Of a stretch of 64,000 nucleotides of DNA, positions 28,201 to 41,700 are shown piece by piece (the first letter of the stretch is position 1; each line of letters opens with the position of its first letter). Source of the DNA: Auanema rhodensis (Eukaryota; Animalia; Nematoda); NCBI GenBank assembly GCA_964057225.1, contig OZ059895.1, forward strand, positions 21,018,001 through 21,082,000. The letters are read 5' to 3'. Under the pieces are notes generated by a model, which saw only the letters and a list, made by a program, of their open reading frames with translations, had not been told where the DNA came from and did not search any database. The translations under genes and the position numbers were made by a program.

Positions 28201-31200
28201 CTTAAATTTATGCTAATTAAGTGTACACATGATGTGCACTTGGTATGTCACTCGCTTCACGTCAAAGATAAAGAGATGCGGTTTTCAAAATTAGATTCCC
28301 CATGTCCATATTAGTCTAAAAACAAATTTTTATTAATATTGGTGCATGGTAACCATGACTTTGAAATTTACGTGAACTTCAATTTATGCTAATTAAGTGT
28401 ACACGTGATGTGCACTTGGTATGTAACTCGCTTCACGTGAAAGATGAAGAGATGCGGTTTTCAAAATTAGATTCCCCATTTCCATATTAGTCTAAAAACA
28501 AATTTTTATTGATATTGGCGCATGGTAACCATGACTTTGAAATTTACGTGAACTTTAATTTATGCTAATTAAGTGTACACATGATGTGCACTTGGTATGT
28601 AACTCGCTTTACGTCAAAGATAAAGAGATGCGGTTTTCAAAATTAGATTCCTCATATCCATATTAGTCTAAAAACAAATTTTTATTGATATTGGTGCATG
28701 GTAACCATGAGTTTGAAATTTACGTGAACTTTAATTTATGCTTATTAAGTGTACACGTGATGTGCACTTGGTATGTAACTCGCTTCACGTGAAAGATAAA
28801 GGGATGCGGTTTTCAAAATTAGATTCCCCATTTCCATATTAGTCTAAAAACAAATTTTTATTGATATTGGTGCATGGTAACCATGACTTTGAAATTTACG
28901 TGAACTTTAATTTATGCTAATTAAGTGTACACATGATGTGCACTTGGTATGTAACTCGCTTCACGTGAAAGATAAAGGGATGCGGTTTTCAAAATTAGAT
29001 TCCCCATGTCCATATTAGTCTAAAAACAAATTTTTATTGATATTGGTGCATGGTAACCATGACTTTGAAATTTACGTGAACTTTAATTTATGCTAATTAA
29101 GTGTACACATGATGTGCACTTGGTATGTAACTCGCTTCACGTGAAAGATGAAGAGATGCGGTTTTCAAAATTAGATTCCCCATGTCCATATTAGTCTAAA
29201 AACAAATTTTTATTGATATTGGTGCATGGTAACCATGACTTTGAAATTTACGTGAACTTTAATTTATGCTTATTAAGTGTACACGTGATGTGCACTTGGT
29301 ATGTAACTCGCTTCACGTGAAAGATGAAGAGATGCGCTTTTCGAAAATAGATTCCCCATGTCCATATTAGTCTAAAAACACATTTTTGTTGATATTGGTG
29401 GATGGTAACCATGACTTTGAAATTTACGTGAACTTCAATTTATGCTAATTAAGTGTACACATGATGTGCACTTGGTATGTAACTCGCTTCAAGTCAAAGA
29501 TAAAGAGATGCGGTTTTCAAAATTAGATTCCCTATGTCCATATTAGTCTAAAAACAAATTTTTATTAATATTGGTGCATGGTAACCATGACTTTGAAATT
29601 TACGTGAACTTTAATTTATGCTAATTAAGTGTACACGTGATGTGCACTTGGTATGTAACTCGCTTCACGTGAAAGATGAAGAGATGCGGTTTTCAAAATT
29701 AGATTCCCCATTTCCATATTAGTCTAAAAACAAATTTTTATTGATATTGGCGCATGGTAACCATGACTTTGAAATTTACGTGAACTTTAATTTATGCTAA
29801 TTAAGTGTACACATGATGTGCGCTTGGTATGTAACTCGCTTCACGTGAAAGATGAAGAGATGCGGTTTTCAAAATTAGATTCCCCATGTCCATATTAGTC
29901 TAAAAACAAATTTTTATTGATATTGGTGCATGGTAACCATGACTTTGAAATTTACGTGAACTTTAATTTATGCTAATTAAGTGTACACATGATGTGCACT
30001 TGGTATGTAACTCGCTTTACGTCAAAGATAAAGAGATGCGGTTTTCAAAATTAGATTCCTCATTTCCATATTAGTTTAAAAACAAATTTTTATTGATATT
30101 GGTGCATGGTAACCATGAGTTTGAAATTTACGTGAACTTTAATTTATGCTTATTAAGTGTACACGTGATGTGCACTTGGTATGTAACTCGCTTCACGTGA
30201 AAGATAAAGGGATGCGGTTTTCAAAATTAGATTCCCCATTTCCATATTAGTCTAAAAACAAATTTTTATTGATATTGGTGCATGGTAACCATGACTTTGA
30301 AATTTACGTGAACTTTAATTTATGCTAATTAAGTGTACACATGATGTGCACTTGGTATGTAACTCGCTTCACGTGAAAGATAAAGGGATGCGGTTTTCAA
30401 AATTAGATTCCCCATGTCCATATTAGTCTAAAAACAAATTTTTATTGATATTGGTGCATGGTAACCATGACTTTGAAATTTACGTGAACTTTAATTTATG
30501 CTAATTAAGTGTACACATGATGTGCACTTGGTATGTAACTCGCTTCACGTGAAAGATGAAGAGATGCGGTTTTCAAAATTAGATTCCCCATGTCCATATT
30601 AGTCTAAAAACAAATTTTTATTGATATTGGTGCATGGTAACCATGACTTTGAAATTTACGTGAACTTTAATTTATGCTTATTAAGTGTACACGTGATGTG
30701 CACTTGGTATGTAACTCGCTTCACGTGAAAGATGAAGAGATGCGCTTTTCGAAAATAGATTCCCCATGTCCATATTAGTCTAAAAACACATTTTTGTTGA
30801 TATTGGTGGATGGTAACCATGACTTTGAAATTTACGTGAACTTCAATTTATGCTAATTAAGTGTACACATGATGTGCACTTGGTATGTAACTCGCTTCAA
30901 GTCAAAGATAAAGAGATGCGGTTTTCAAAATTAGATTCCCTATGTCCATATTAGTCTAAAAACAAATTTTTATTAATATTGGTGAATGGTAACCATGACT
31001 TTGAAATTTACGTGAACTTTAATTTATGCTAATTAAGTGTACACATGATGTGCACTTGGTATGTAACACGCTTTACGTCAAAGATAAAGAGATGCGGTTT
31101 TCAAAATTAGATTCCCCATGTCCATATTAGTCTAAAAACAAATTTTTATTAATATTGGTGCATGGTAACCATGACTTTGAAATTTACGTGAACTTTAATT

Positions 31201-34200
31201 TATGCTAATTAAGTGTACACATGATGTGCGCTTGGTATGTAACTCGCTTCACGTTAAAGATAAAGAGATGCGGTTCTCAAAATTAGATTCCCCATGTCCA
31301 TATTAGTCTAAAAACAAATTTGTATTAATATTGGTGCATGGTAACCATGACTTTGAAATTTACGTGAACTTCAATTTATGCTAATTAAGTGTACACATGA
31401 TGTGCACTTGGTATGTAACTCGCTTCAAGTCAAAGATAAAGAGATGCGGTTTTCAAAAAAATTAGATTCCTCATGTCCATCTTAGTCTAAAAACGATTTT
31501 TTATTGATATTGGTGCATGGTAACCATGACTTTGAAATTTACGTGAACTTTAATTTATGCTTATTAAGTGTACACGTGATGTGCACTTGGTATGTAACTC
31601 GCTTCACGTGAAAGATAAAGGAATGCGGTTTTCAAAATTAGATTCCCCATTTCCATATTAGTCTAAAAACAAATTTTTATTGATATTGGTGCATTGTAAC
31701 CATGACTTTGAAATTTACGTGAACTTTAATTTATGCTAATTAAGTGTACACATGATGTGCACTTGGTATGTAACTCGCTTCACGTGAAAGATAAAGGGAT
31801 GCGGTTTTCAAAATTAGATTCCCCATGTCCATATTAGTCTAAAAACAAATTTTTATTGATATTGGTGTATGGTAACCATGACTTTGAAATTTACGTGAAC
31901 TTTAATTTATGCTAATTAAGTGTACACATGATGTGCACTTGGTATGTAACTCGCTTCACGTGAAAGATGAAGAGATGCGGTTTTCAAAATTAGATTCCCC
32001 ATGTCCATATTAGTCTAAAAACAAATTGTTATTGATATTGGTGCATGGTAACCATGACTTTGAAATTTACGTGAACTTTAATTTATGCTTATTAAGTGTA
32101 CACGTGATGTGCACTTGGTATGTAACTCGCTTCACGTGAAAGATGAAGAGATGCGGTTTTCAAAATTAGATTCCCCATTTCCATATTAGTCTAAAAACAA
32201 ATTTTTATTGATATTGGTGCATGGTAACCATGACTTTGAAATTTACGTGAACTTCAATTTATGCTAATTAAGTGTACACGTGATGTGCACTTGGTATGTA
32301 ACTCGCTTCACGTGAAAGATGAAGAGATGCGGTTTTCAAAATTAGATTCCCCATTTCCATATTAGTCTAAAAACAAATTTTTATTGATATTGGTGCATGG
32401 TAACCATGACTTTGAAATTTACGTGAACTTCAATTTATGCTAATTAAGTGTACACGTGATGTGCACTTGGTATGTAACTCGCTTCACGTGAAAGATGAAG
32501 AGATGCGGTTTTCAAAATAGATTCCCCATTTCCAAATTAGTCTAAAAACAAATTTTTATTGATATTGGTGCATGGCAACCATGACTTTAAAATTTACGTG
32601 AACTTTAATTTGTGCTAATTAAGTGTACACATGATGTGCACTTGGTATGTAACTCGCTTTACGTCAAAGATAAAGAGATGCGGTTTTCAAAATTAGATTC
32701 CCCATGTCCATATTAGTCTAAAAACAAATTTTTATTAATATTGGTGCATGGTAACCATGACTTTGAAATTTACGTGAACTTTAATTTATGCTAATTAAGT
32801 GTACACATGATGTGCGCTTGGTATGTAACTCGCTTCACGTGAAAGATGAAGAGATGCGGTTTTCAAAATTAGATTCCTCATGTCCATATTAGTCTAAAAA
32901 CGAATTTTTATTGATATTGGTGCATGGTAACCATGACTTTGAAATTTACGTGAACTTTAATTCATGCTTATTAAGTGTACACGTGATGTGCACTTGGTAT
33001 GTAACTCGCTTCACGTGAAAGATAAAGAGATGCGGTTTTTAAAATTAGATTCCTCATGTCCATATTAGTCTAAAAACAAATTTTTATTGATATTGGTGCA
33101 TGGTAACCATGACTTTGAAATTTACGTGAACTTCAATTTATGCTAATTAAGTGTACACGTGATGTGCACTTGGTATGTAACTCGCTTCACGTGAAAGATG
33201 AAGAGATGCGGTTTTCAAAATAGATTCCCCATTTCCAAATTAGTCTAAAAACAAATTTTTATTGATATTGGTGCATGGCAACCATGACTTTAAAATTTAC
33301 GTGAACTTTAATTTATGCTAATTAAGTGTACACATGATGTGCACTTGGTATGTAACTCGCTTTACGTCAAAGATAAAGAGATGCGGTTTTCAAAATTAGA
33401 TTCCCCATGTCCATATTAGTCTAAAAACAAATTTTTATTAATATTGGTGCATGGTAACCATGACTTTGAAATTTACGTGAACTTTAATTTATGCTAATTA
33501 AGTGTACACATGATGTGCGCTTGGTATGTAACTCGCTTCACGTGAAAGATAAAGAGATGCGGTTTTCAAAATTAGATTCCCCATGTCCATATTAGTCTAA
33601 AAACAAATTTTTATTAATATTGGTGCATGGTAACCATGACTTTGAAATTTACGTGAACTTTAATTTATGCTAATTAAGTGTACACATGATGTGCACTTGG
33701 TATGTAACTCGCTTCACGTGAAAGATGAAGAGATGCGGTTTTCAAAATTAGATTCCTCATGTCCATATTAGTCTAAAAACGAATTTTTATTGATATTGGT
33801 GCATGGTAACCATGACTTTGAAATTTACGTGAACTTTAATTTATGCTAATTAAGTGTACACATGATGTGCATTTGGTATGTAACTCGCTTCACGTGAAAG
33901 ATGAAGAGATGCGGTTTTCAAAATTAGATTCCCCATTTCCATATTAGTCTAAAAACAAATTTTTATTGATATTGGTGCATGGTAACCATGACTTTGAAAT
34001 TTACGTGAACTTTAATTTATGCTTATTAAGTGTACACGTGATGTGCACTTGGTATGTAACTCGCTTCACGTGAAAGATGAAGAGATGCGCTTTTCGAAAT
34101 TAGATTCCCCATGTCCATATTAGTCTAAAAACACATTTTTGTTGATATAGGTGGATGGTAACCATGACTTTGAAATTTACGTGAACTTTAATTTATGCTA

Positions 34201-35765
34201 ATTAAGTGTACACATGATGTGCACTTGGTATGTTACTCGCTTCACGTGAAAGATAAAGAGATGCGGTTTTCAAAATAGATTCCCCATTTCCATATTAGTC
34301 TAAAAACAAATTTTTATTGATATTGGTGCATGGCAACCATGACTTTAAAATTTACGTGAACTTAAATTTATGCTAATTAAGTGTACACATGATGTGCACT
34401 TGGTATGTAACTCGCTTCACGTCAAAGATAAAGAGATGCGGTTTTCAAAATTAGATTCCCCATTTCCATGTTAGTCTAAAAACAAATTTTTATTGATATT
34501 GGTGCATGGCAACCATGACTTTAAAATTTACGTGAACTTAAATTTATGCTAATTAAGTGTACACATGATGTGCACTTGGTATGTAACTCGCTTCACGTCA
34601 AAGATAAAGAGATGCGGTTTTCAAACTTAGATTCCCCATGTCCATATTAGTCTAAAAACAAATTTTTATTAATATTGGTGCATGGTAACCATGACTTTGA
34701 AATTTACGTGAACTTTAATTTATGCTTATTAAGTGTACACGTGATGTGCACTTGGTATGTAACTCGCTTCACGTGAAAGATAAAGAGATGCGGTTTTCAA
34801 AATTAGATTCCCCATTTCCATGTTAGTCTAAAAACAAATTTTTATTGATATTGGTGCATGGTAACCATGACTTTGAAATTTACGTGAACTTTAATTTATG
34901 CTAATTAAATGTACACGTGATGTGCACTTGGTATGTAACTCGCTTCACGTGAAAGATGAAGAGATGCGGTTTTCAAAATTAGATTCCCCATGTCCATATT
35001 AGTCTAAAAACAAATTTTTATTAATATTGGTGCATGGTAACCATGACTTTGAAATTTACGTGAACTTTAATTTATGCTAATTAAGTGTACACATGATATG
35101 CACTTGGTATGTAACTCGCTTCACGTGAAAGATAAAGAGATGCGGTTTTCAAAATAGATTCCCCATTTCCATATTAGTCTAAAAACAAATTTTTATTGAT
35201 CTTGGTGCATGGCAACCATGACTTTAAAATTTACGTGAACTTTAATTTATGCTAATTAAGTGTACACATGATGTGCCTTTGGTATGTAACTCGCTTCACG
35301 TCAAAGATAAAGAGATGCGGTTTTCAAAATTAGATTCCCCATGTCCATATTAGTCTAAAAACAAATTTTTATTAATATTGGTGCATGGTAACCATGACTT
35401 TGAAATTTACGTGAACTTTAATTTATGCTAATTAAGTGTACACATGATGTGCGCTTGGTATGTAACTCGCTTCACGTGAAAGATAAAGAGATGCGGTTTT
35501 CAAAATTAGATTCCCCATTTCCATGTTAGTCTAAAAACAAATTTTTATTGATATTGGTGCATGGCAACCATGACTTTAAAATTTACGTGAACTTAAATTT
35601 ATGCTAATTAAGTGTACACATGATGTGCACTTGGTATGTCACTCGCTTCACGTCAAAGATAAAGAGATGCGGTTTTCAAAATTAGATTCCCCATGTCCAT
35701 ATTAGTCTAAAAACAAATTTTTATTAATATTGGTGCATGGTAACCATGACTTTGAAATTTACGTG
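22222..35765 (+). repeat. Large duplication A: ~22.2-28.4 kb copied at ~29.6-35.8 kb (42-monomer offset, 7391-7392 bp)
   Basis: GGCGCATGG 22357/29749, CCATGAGTTT 22721/30113, CCATCTTAG 24085/31477, GCATTGTAACC 24299/31691, GGTGTATGG 24472/31864 (all 7392). GCGCTTTTCG 26696/34087 and GCCTTTGG 27884/35275 (7391). Confidence 0.88.
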
Positions 35766-38700
35766 AACATTAATTTATGCTAATTAAGTGTACACGTGAT
35801 GTGCACTTGGTATGTAACTCGCTTCACGTGAAAGATAAAGAGATGCGGTTTTCAAAATTAGATTCCCCATGTCCATATTAGTCTAAAAACAAATTTTTAT
35901 TAATATTGGTGCATGGTAACCATGACTTTGAAATTTACGTGAACTTCAATTTATGCTAATTAAATGTACACGTGATGTGCACTTGGTATGTAACTCGCTT
36001 CACGTGAAAGATGAAGAGATGCGGTTTTCAAAATTAGATTCCCCATGTCCATATTAGTCTAAAAACAAATTTTTATTAATATTGGTGCATGGTAACCATG
36101 ACTTTGAAATTTACGTGAACTTTAATTTATGCTAATTAAGTGTACACATGATATGCACTTGGTATGTAACTCGCTTCACGTGAAAGATAAAGAGATGCGG
36201 TTTTCAAAATAGATTCCCCATTTCCATATTAGTCTAAAAACAAATTTTTATTGATATTGGTGCATGGCAACCATGACTTTAAAATTTACGTGAACTTTAA
36301 TTTATGCTAATTAAGTGTACACATGATGTGCACTTGGTATGTAACACGCTTTACGTCAAAGATAAAGAGATGCGGTTTTCAAAATTAGATTCCCCATGTC
36401 CATATTAGTCTAAAAACAAATTTTTATTGATATTGGTGCATGGTAACCATGACTTTGAAATTTACGTGAACTTTAATTTATGCTAATTAAGTGTACACAT
36501 GATGTGCGCTTGGTATGTAACTCGCTTCACGTTAAAGATAAAGAGATGCGGTTTTCAAAATTAGATTCCCCATGTCCATATTAGTCTAAAAACAAATTTT
36601 TATTAATATTGGTGCATGGTAACCATGACTTTGAAATTTACGTGAACTTTAATTTATGCTAATTAAGTGTACACATGATGTGCACTTGGTATGTAACTCG
36701 CTTCACGTGAAAGATGAAGAGATGCGGTTTTCAAAATTAGATTCCTCATGTCCATATTAGTCTAAAAACGAATTTTTATTGATATTGGTGCATGGTAACC
36801 ATGACTTTGAAATTTACGTGAACTTTAATTTATGCTAATTAAGTGTACACATGATGTGCATTTGGTATGTAACTCGCTTCACGTGAAAGATGAAGAGATG
36901 CGGTTTTCAAAATTAGATTCCCCATTTCCATATTAGTCTAAAAACAAATTTTTATTGATATTGGTGCATGGTAACCATGACTTTGAAATTTACGTGAACT
37001 TTAATTTATGCTTATTAAGTGTACACGTGATGTGCACTTGGTATGTAACTCGCTTCACGTGAAAGATGAAGAGATGCGCTTTTCGAAATTAGATTCCCCA
37101 TGTCCATATTAGTCTAAAAACACATTTTTGTTGATATAGGTGGATGGTAACCATGACTTTGAAATTTACGTGAACTTTAATTTATGCTAATTAAGTGTAC
37201 ACATGATGTGCACTTGGTATGTTACTCGCTTCACGTGAAAGATAAAGAGATGCGGTTTTCAAAATAGATTCCCCATTTCCATATTAGTCTAAAAACAAAT
37301 TTTTATTGATATTGGTGCATGGCAACCATGACTTTAAAATTTACGTGAACTTAAATTTATGCTAATTAAGTGTACACATGATGTGCACTTGGTATGTAAC
37401 TCGCTTCACGTCAAAGATAAAGAGATGCGGTTTTCAAAATTAGATTCCCCATTTCCATGTTAGTCTAAAAACAAATTTTTATTGATATTGGTGCATGGCA
37501 ACCATGACTTTAAAATTTACGTGAACTTAAATTTATGCTAATTAAGTGTACACATGATGTGCACTTGGTATGTAACTCGCTTCACGTCAAAGATAAAGAG
37601 ATGCGGTTTTCAAACTTAGATTCCCCATGTCCATATTAGTCTAAAAACAAATTTTTATTAATATTGGTGCATGGTAACCATGACTTTGAAATTTACGTGA
37701 ACTTTAATTTATGCTTATTAAGTGTACACGTGATGTGCACTTGGTATGTAACTCGCTTCACGTGAAAGATAAAGAGATGCGGTTTTCAAAATTAGATTCC
37801 CCATTTCCATGTTAGTCTAAAAACAAATTTTTATTGATATTGGTGCATGGTAACCATGACTTTGAAATTTACGTGAACTTTAATTTATGCTAATTAAATG
37901 TACACGTGATGTGCACTTGGTATGTAACTCGCTTCACGTGAAAGATGAAGAGATGCGGTTTTCAAAATTAGATTCCCCATGTCCATATTAGTCTAAAAAC
38001 AAATTTTTATTAATATTGGTGCATGGTAACCATGACTTTGAAATTTACGTGAACTTTAATTTATGCTAATTAAGTGTACACATGATATGCACTTGGTATG
38101 TAACTCGCTTCACGTGAAAGATAAAGAGATGCGGTTTTCAAAATAGATTCCCCATTTCCATATTAGTCTAAAAACAAATTTTTATTGATCTTGGTGCATG
38201 GCAACCATGACTTTAAAATTTACGTGAACTTTAATTTATGCTAATTAAGTGTACACATGATGTGCCTTTGGTATGTAACTCGCTTCACGTCAAAGATAAA
38301 GAGATGCGGTTTTCAAAATTAGATTCCCCATGTCCATATTAGTCTAAAAACAAATTTTTATTAATATTGGTGCATGGTAACCATGACTTTGAAATTTACG
38401 TGAACTTTAATTTATGCTAATTAAGTGTACACATGATGTGCGCTTGGTATGTAACTCGCTTCACGTGAAAGATAAAGAGATGCGGTTTTCAAAATTAGAT
38501 TCCCCATTTCCATGTTAGTCTAAAAACAAATTTTTATTGATATTGGTGCATGGCAACCATGACTTTAAAATTTACGTGAACTTAAATTTATGCTAATTAA
38601 GTGTACACATGATGTGCACTTGGTATGTCACTCGCTTCACGTCAAAGATAAAGAGATGCGGTTTTCAAAATTAGATTCCCCATGTCCATATTAGTCTAAA

Positions 38701-41700
38701 AACAAATTTTTATTAATATTGGTGCATGGTAACCATGACTTTGAAATTTACGTGAACATTAATTTATGCTAATTAAGTGTACACGTGATGTGCACTTGGT
38801 ATGTAACTCGCTTCACGTGAAAGATAAAGAGATGCGGTTTTCAAAATTAGATTCCCCATGTCCATATTAGTCTAAAAACAAATTTTTATTAATATTGGTG
38901 CATGGTAACCATGACTTTGAAATTTACGTGAACTTTAATTTGTGCTAATTAAGTGTACACATGATGTGCACTTGGTATGTAACTCGCTTTACGTCAAAGA
39001 TAAAGAGATGCGGTTTTCAAAATTAGATTCCCCATGTCCATATTAGTCTAAAAACAAATTTTTATTAATATTGGTGCATGGTAACCATGACTTTGAAATT
39101 TACGTGAACTTTAATTTATGCTAATTAAGTGTACACATGATGTGCGCTTGGTATGTAACTCGCTTCACGTGAAAGATGAAGAGATGCGGTTTTCAAAATT
39201 AGATTCCTCATGTCCATATTAGTCTAAAAACGAATTTTTATTGATATTGGTGCATGGTAACCATGACTTTGAAATTTACGTGAACTTTAATTCATGCTTA
39301 TTAAGTGTACACGTGATGTGCACTTGGTATGTAACTCGCTTCACGTGAAAGATGAAGAGATGCGGTTTTCAAAATAGATTCCCCATTTCCAAATTAGTCT
39401 AAAAACAAATTTTTATTGATATTGGTGCATGGCAACCATGACTTTAAAATTTACGTGAACTTTAATTTGTGCTAATTAAGTGTACACATGATGTGCACTT
39501 GGTATGTAACTCGCTTTACGTCAAAGATAAAGAGATGCGGTTTTCAAAATTAGATTCCCCATGTCCATATTAGTCTAAAAACAAATTTTTATTAATATTG
39601 GTGCATGGTAACCATGACTTTGAAATTTACGTGAACATTAATTTATGCTAATTAAGTGTACACGTGATGTGCACTTGGTATGTAACTCGCTTCACGTGAA
39701 AGATAAAGAGATGCGGTTTTCAAAATTAGATTCCCCATGTCCATATTAGTCTAAAAACAAATTTTTATTAATATTGGTGCATGGTAACCATGACTTTGAA
39801 ATTTACGTGAACTTCAATTTATGCTAATTAAGTGTACACGTGATGTGCACTTGGTATGTAACTCGCTTCACGTGAAAGATGAAGAGATGCGGTTTTCAAA
39901 ATAGATTCCCCATTTCCAAATTAGTCTAAAAACAAATTTTTATTGATATTGGTGCATGGCAACCATGACTTTAAAATTTACGTGAACTTTAATTTGTGCT
40001 AATTAAGTGTACACATGATGTGCACTTGGTATGTAACTCGCTTTACGTCAAAGATAAAGAGATGCGGTTTTCAAAATTAGATTCCCCATGTCCATATTAG
40101 TCTAAAAACAAATTTTTATTAATATTGGTGCATGGTAACCATGACTTTGAAATTTACGTGAACTTTAATTTATGCTAATTAAGTGTACACATGATGTGCG
40201 CTTGGTATGTAACTCGCTTCACGTGAAAGATGAAGAGATGCGGTTTTCAAAATTAGATTCCTCATGTCCATATTAGTCTAAAAACGAATTTTTATTGATA
40301 TTGGTGCATGGTAACCATGACTTTGAAATTTACGTGAACTTTAATTCATGCTTATTAAGTGTACACGTGATGTGCACTTGGTATGTAACTCGCTTCACGT
40401 GAAAGATAAAGAGATGCGGTTTTTAAAATTAGATTCCTCATGTCCATATTAGTCTAAAAACAAATTTTTATTGATATTGGTGCATGGTAACCATGACTTT
40501 GAAATTTACGTGAACTTCAATTTATGCTAATTAAGTGTACACGTGATGTGCACTTGGTATGTAACTCGCTTCACGTGAAAGATGAAGAGATGCGGTTTTC
40601 AAAATAGATTCCCCATTTCCAAATTAGTCTAAAAACAAATTTTTATTGATATTGGTGCATGGCAACCATGACTTTAAAATTTACGTGAACTTTAATTTAT
40701 GCTAATTAAGTGTACACATGATGTGCACTTGGTATGTAACTCGCTTTACGTCAAAGATAAAGAGATGCGGTTTTCAAAATTAGATTCCCCATGTCCATAT
40801 TAGTCTAAAAACAAATTTTTATTAATATTGGTGCATGGTAACCATGACTTTGAAATTTACGTGAACTTTAATTTATGCTAATTAAGTGTACACATGATGT
40901 GCGCTTGGTATGTAACTCGCTTCACGTGAAAGATAAAGAGATGCGGTTTTCAAAATTAGATTCCCCATGTCCATATTAGTCTAAAAACAAATTTTTATTA
41001 ATATTGGTGCATGGTAACCATGACTTTGAAATTTACGTGAACTTTAATTTATGCTAATTAAGTGTACACATGATGTGCACTTGGTATGTAACTCGCTTCA
41101 CGTGAAAGATGAAGAGATGCGGTTTTCAAAATTAGATTCCTCATGTCCATATTAGTCTAAAAACGAATTTTTATTGATATTGGTGCATGGTAACCATGAC
41201 TTTGAAATTTACGTGAACTTTAATTTATGCTAATTAAGTGTACACATGATGTGCATTTGGTATGTAACTCGCTTCACGTGAAAGATGAAGAGATGCGGTT
41301 TTCAAAATTAGATTCCCCATTTCCATATTAGTCTAAAAACAAATTTTTATTGATATTGGTGCATGGTAACCATGACTTTGAAATTTACGTGAACTTTAAT
41401 TTATGCTTATTAAGTGTACACGTGATGTGCACTTGGTATGTAACTCGCTTCACGTGAAAGATGAAGAGATGCGCTTTTCGAAATTAGATTCCCCATGTCC
41501 ATATTAGTCTAAAAACACATTTTTGTTGATATAGGTGGATGGTAACCATGACTTTGAAATTTACGTGAACTTTAATTTATGCTAATTAAGTGTACACATG
41601 ATGTGCACTTGGTATGTTACTCGCTTCACGTGAAAGATAAAGAGATGCGGTTTTCAAAATAGATTCCCCATTTCCATATTAGTCTAAAAACAAATTTTTA

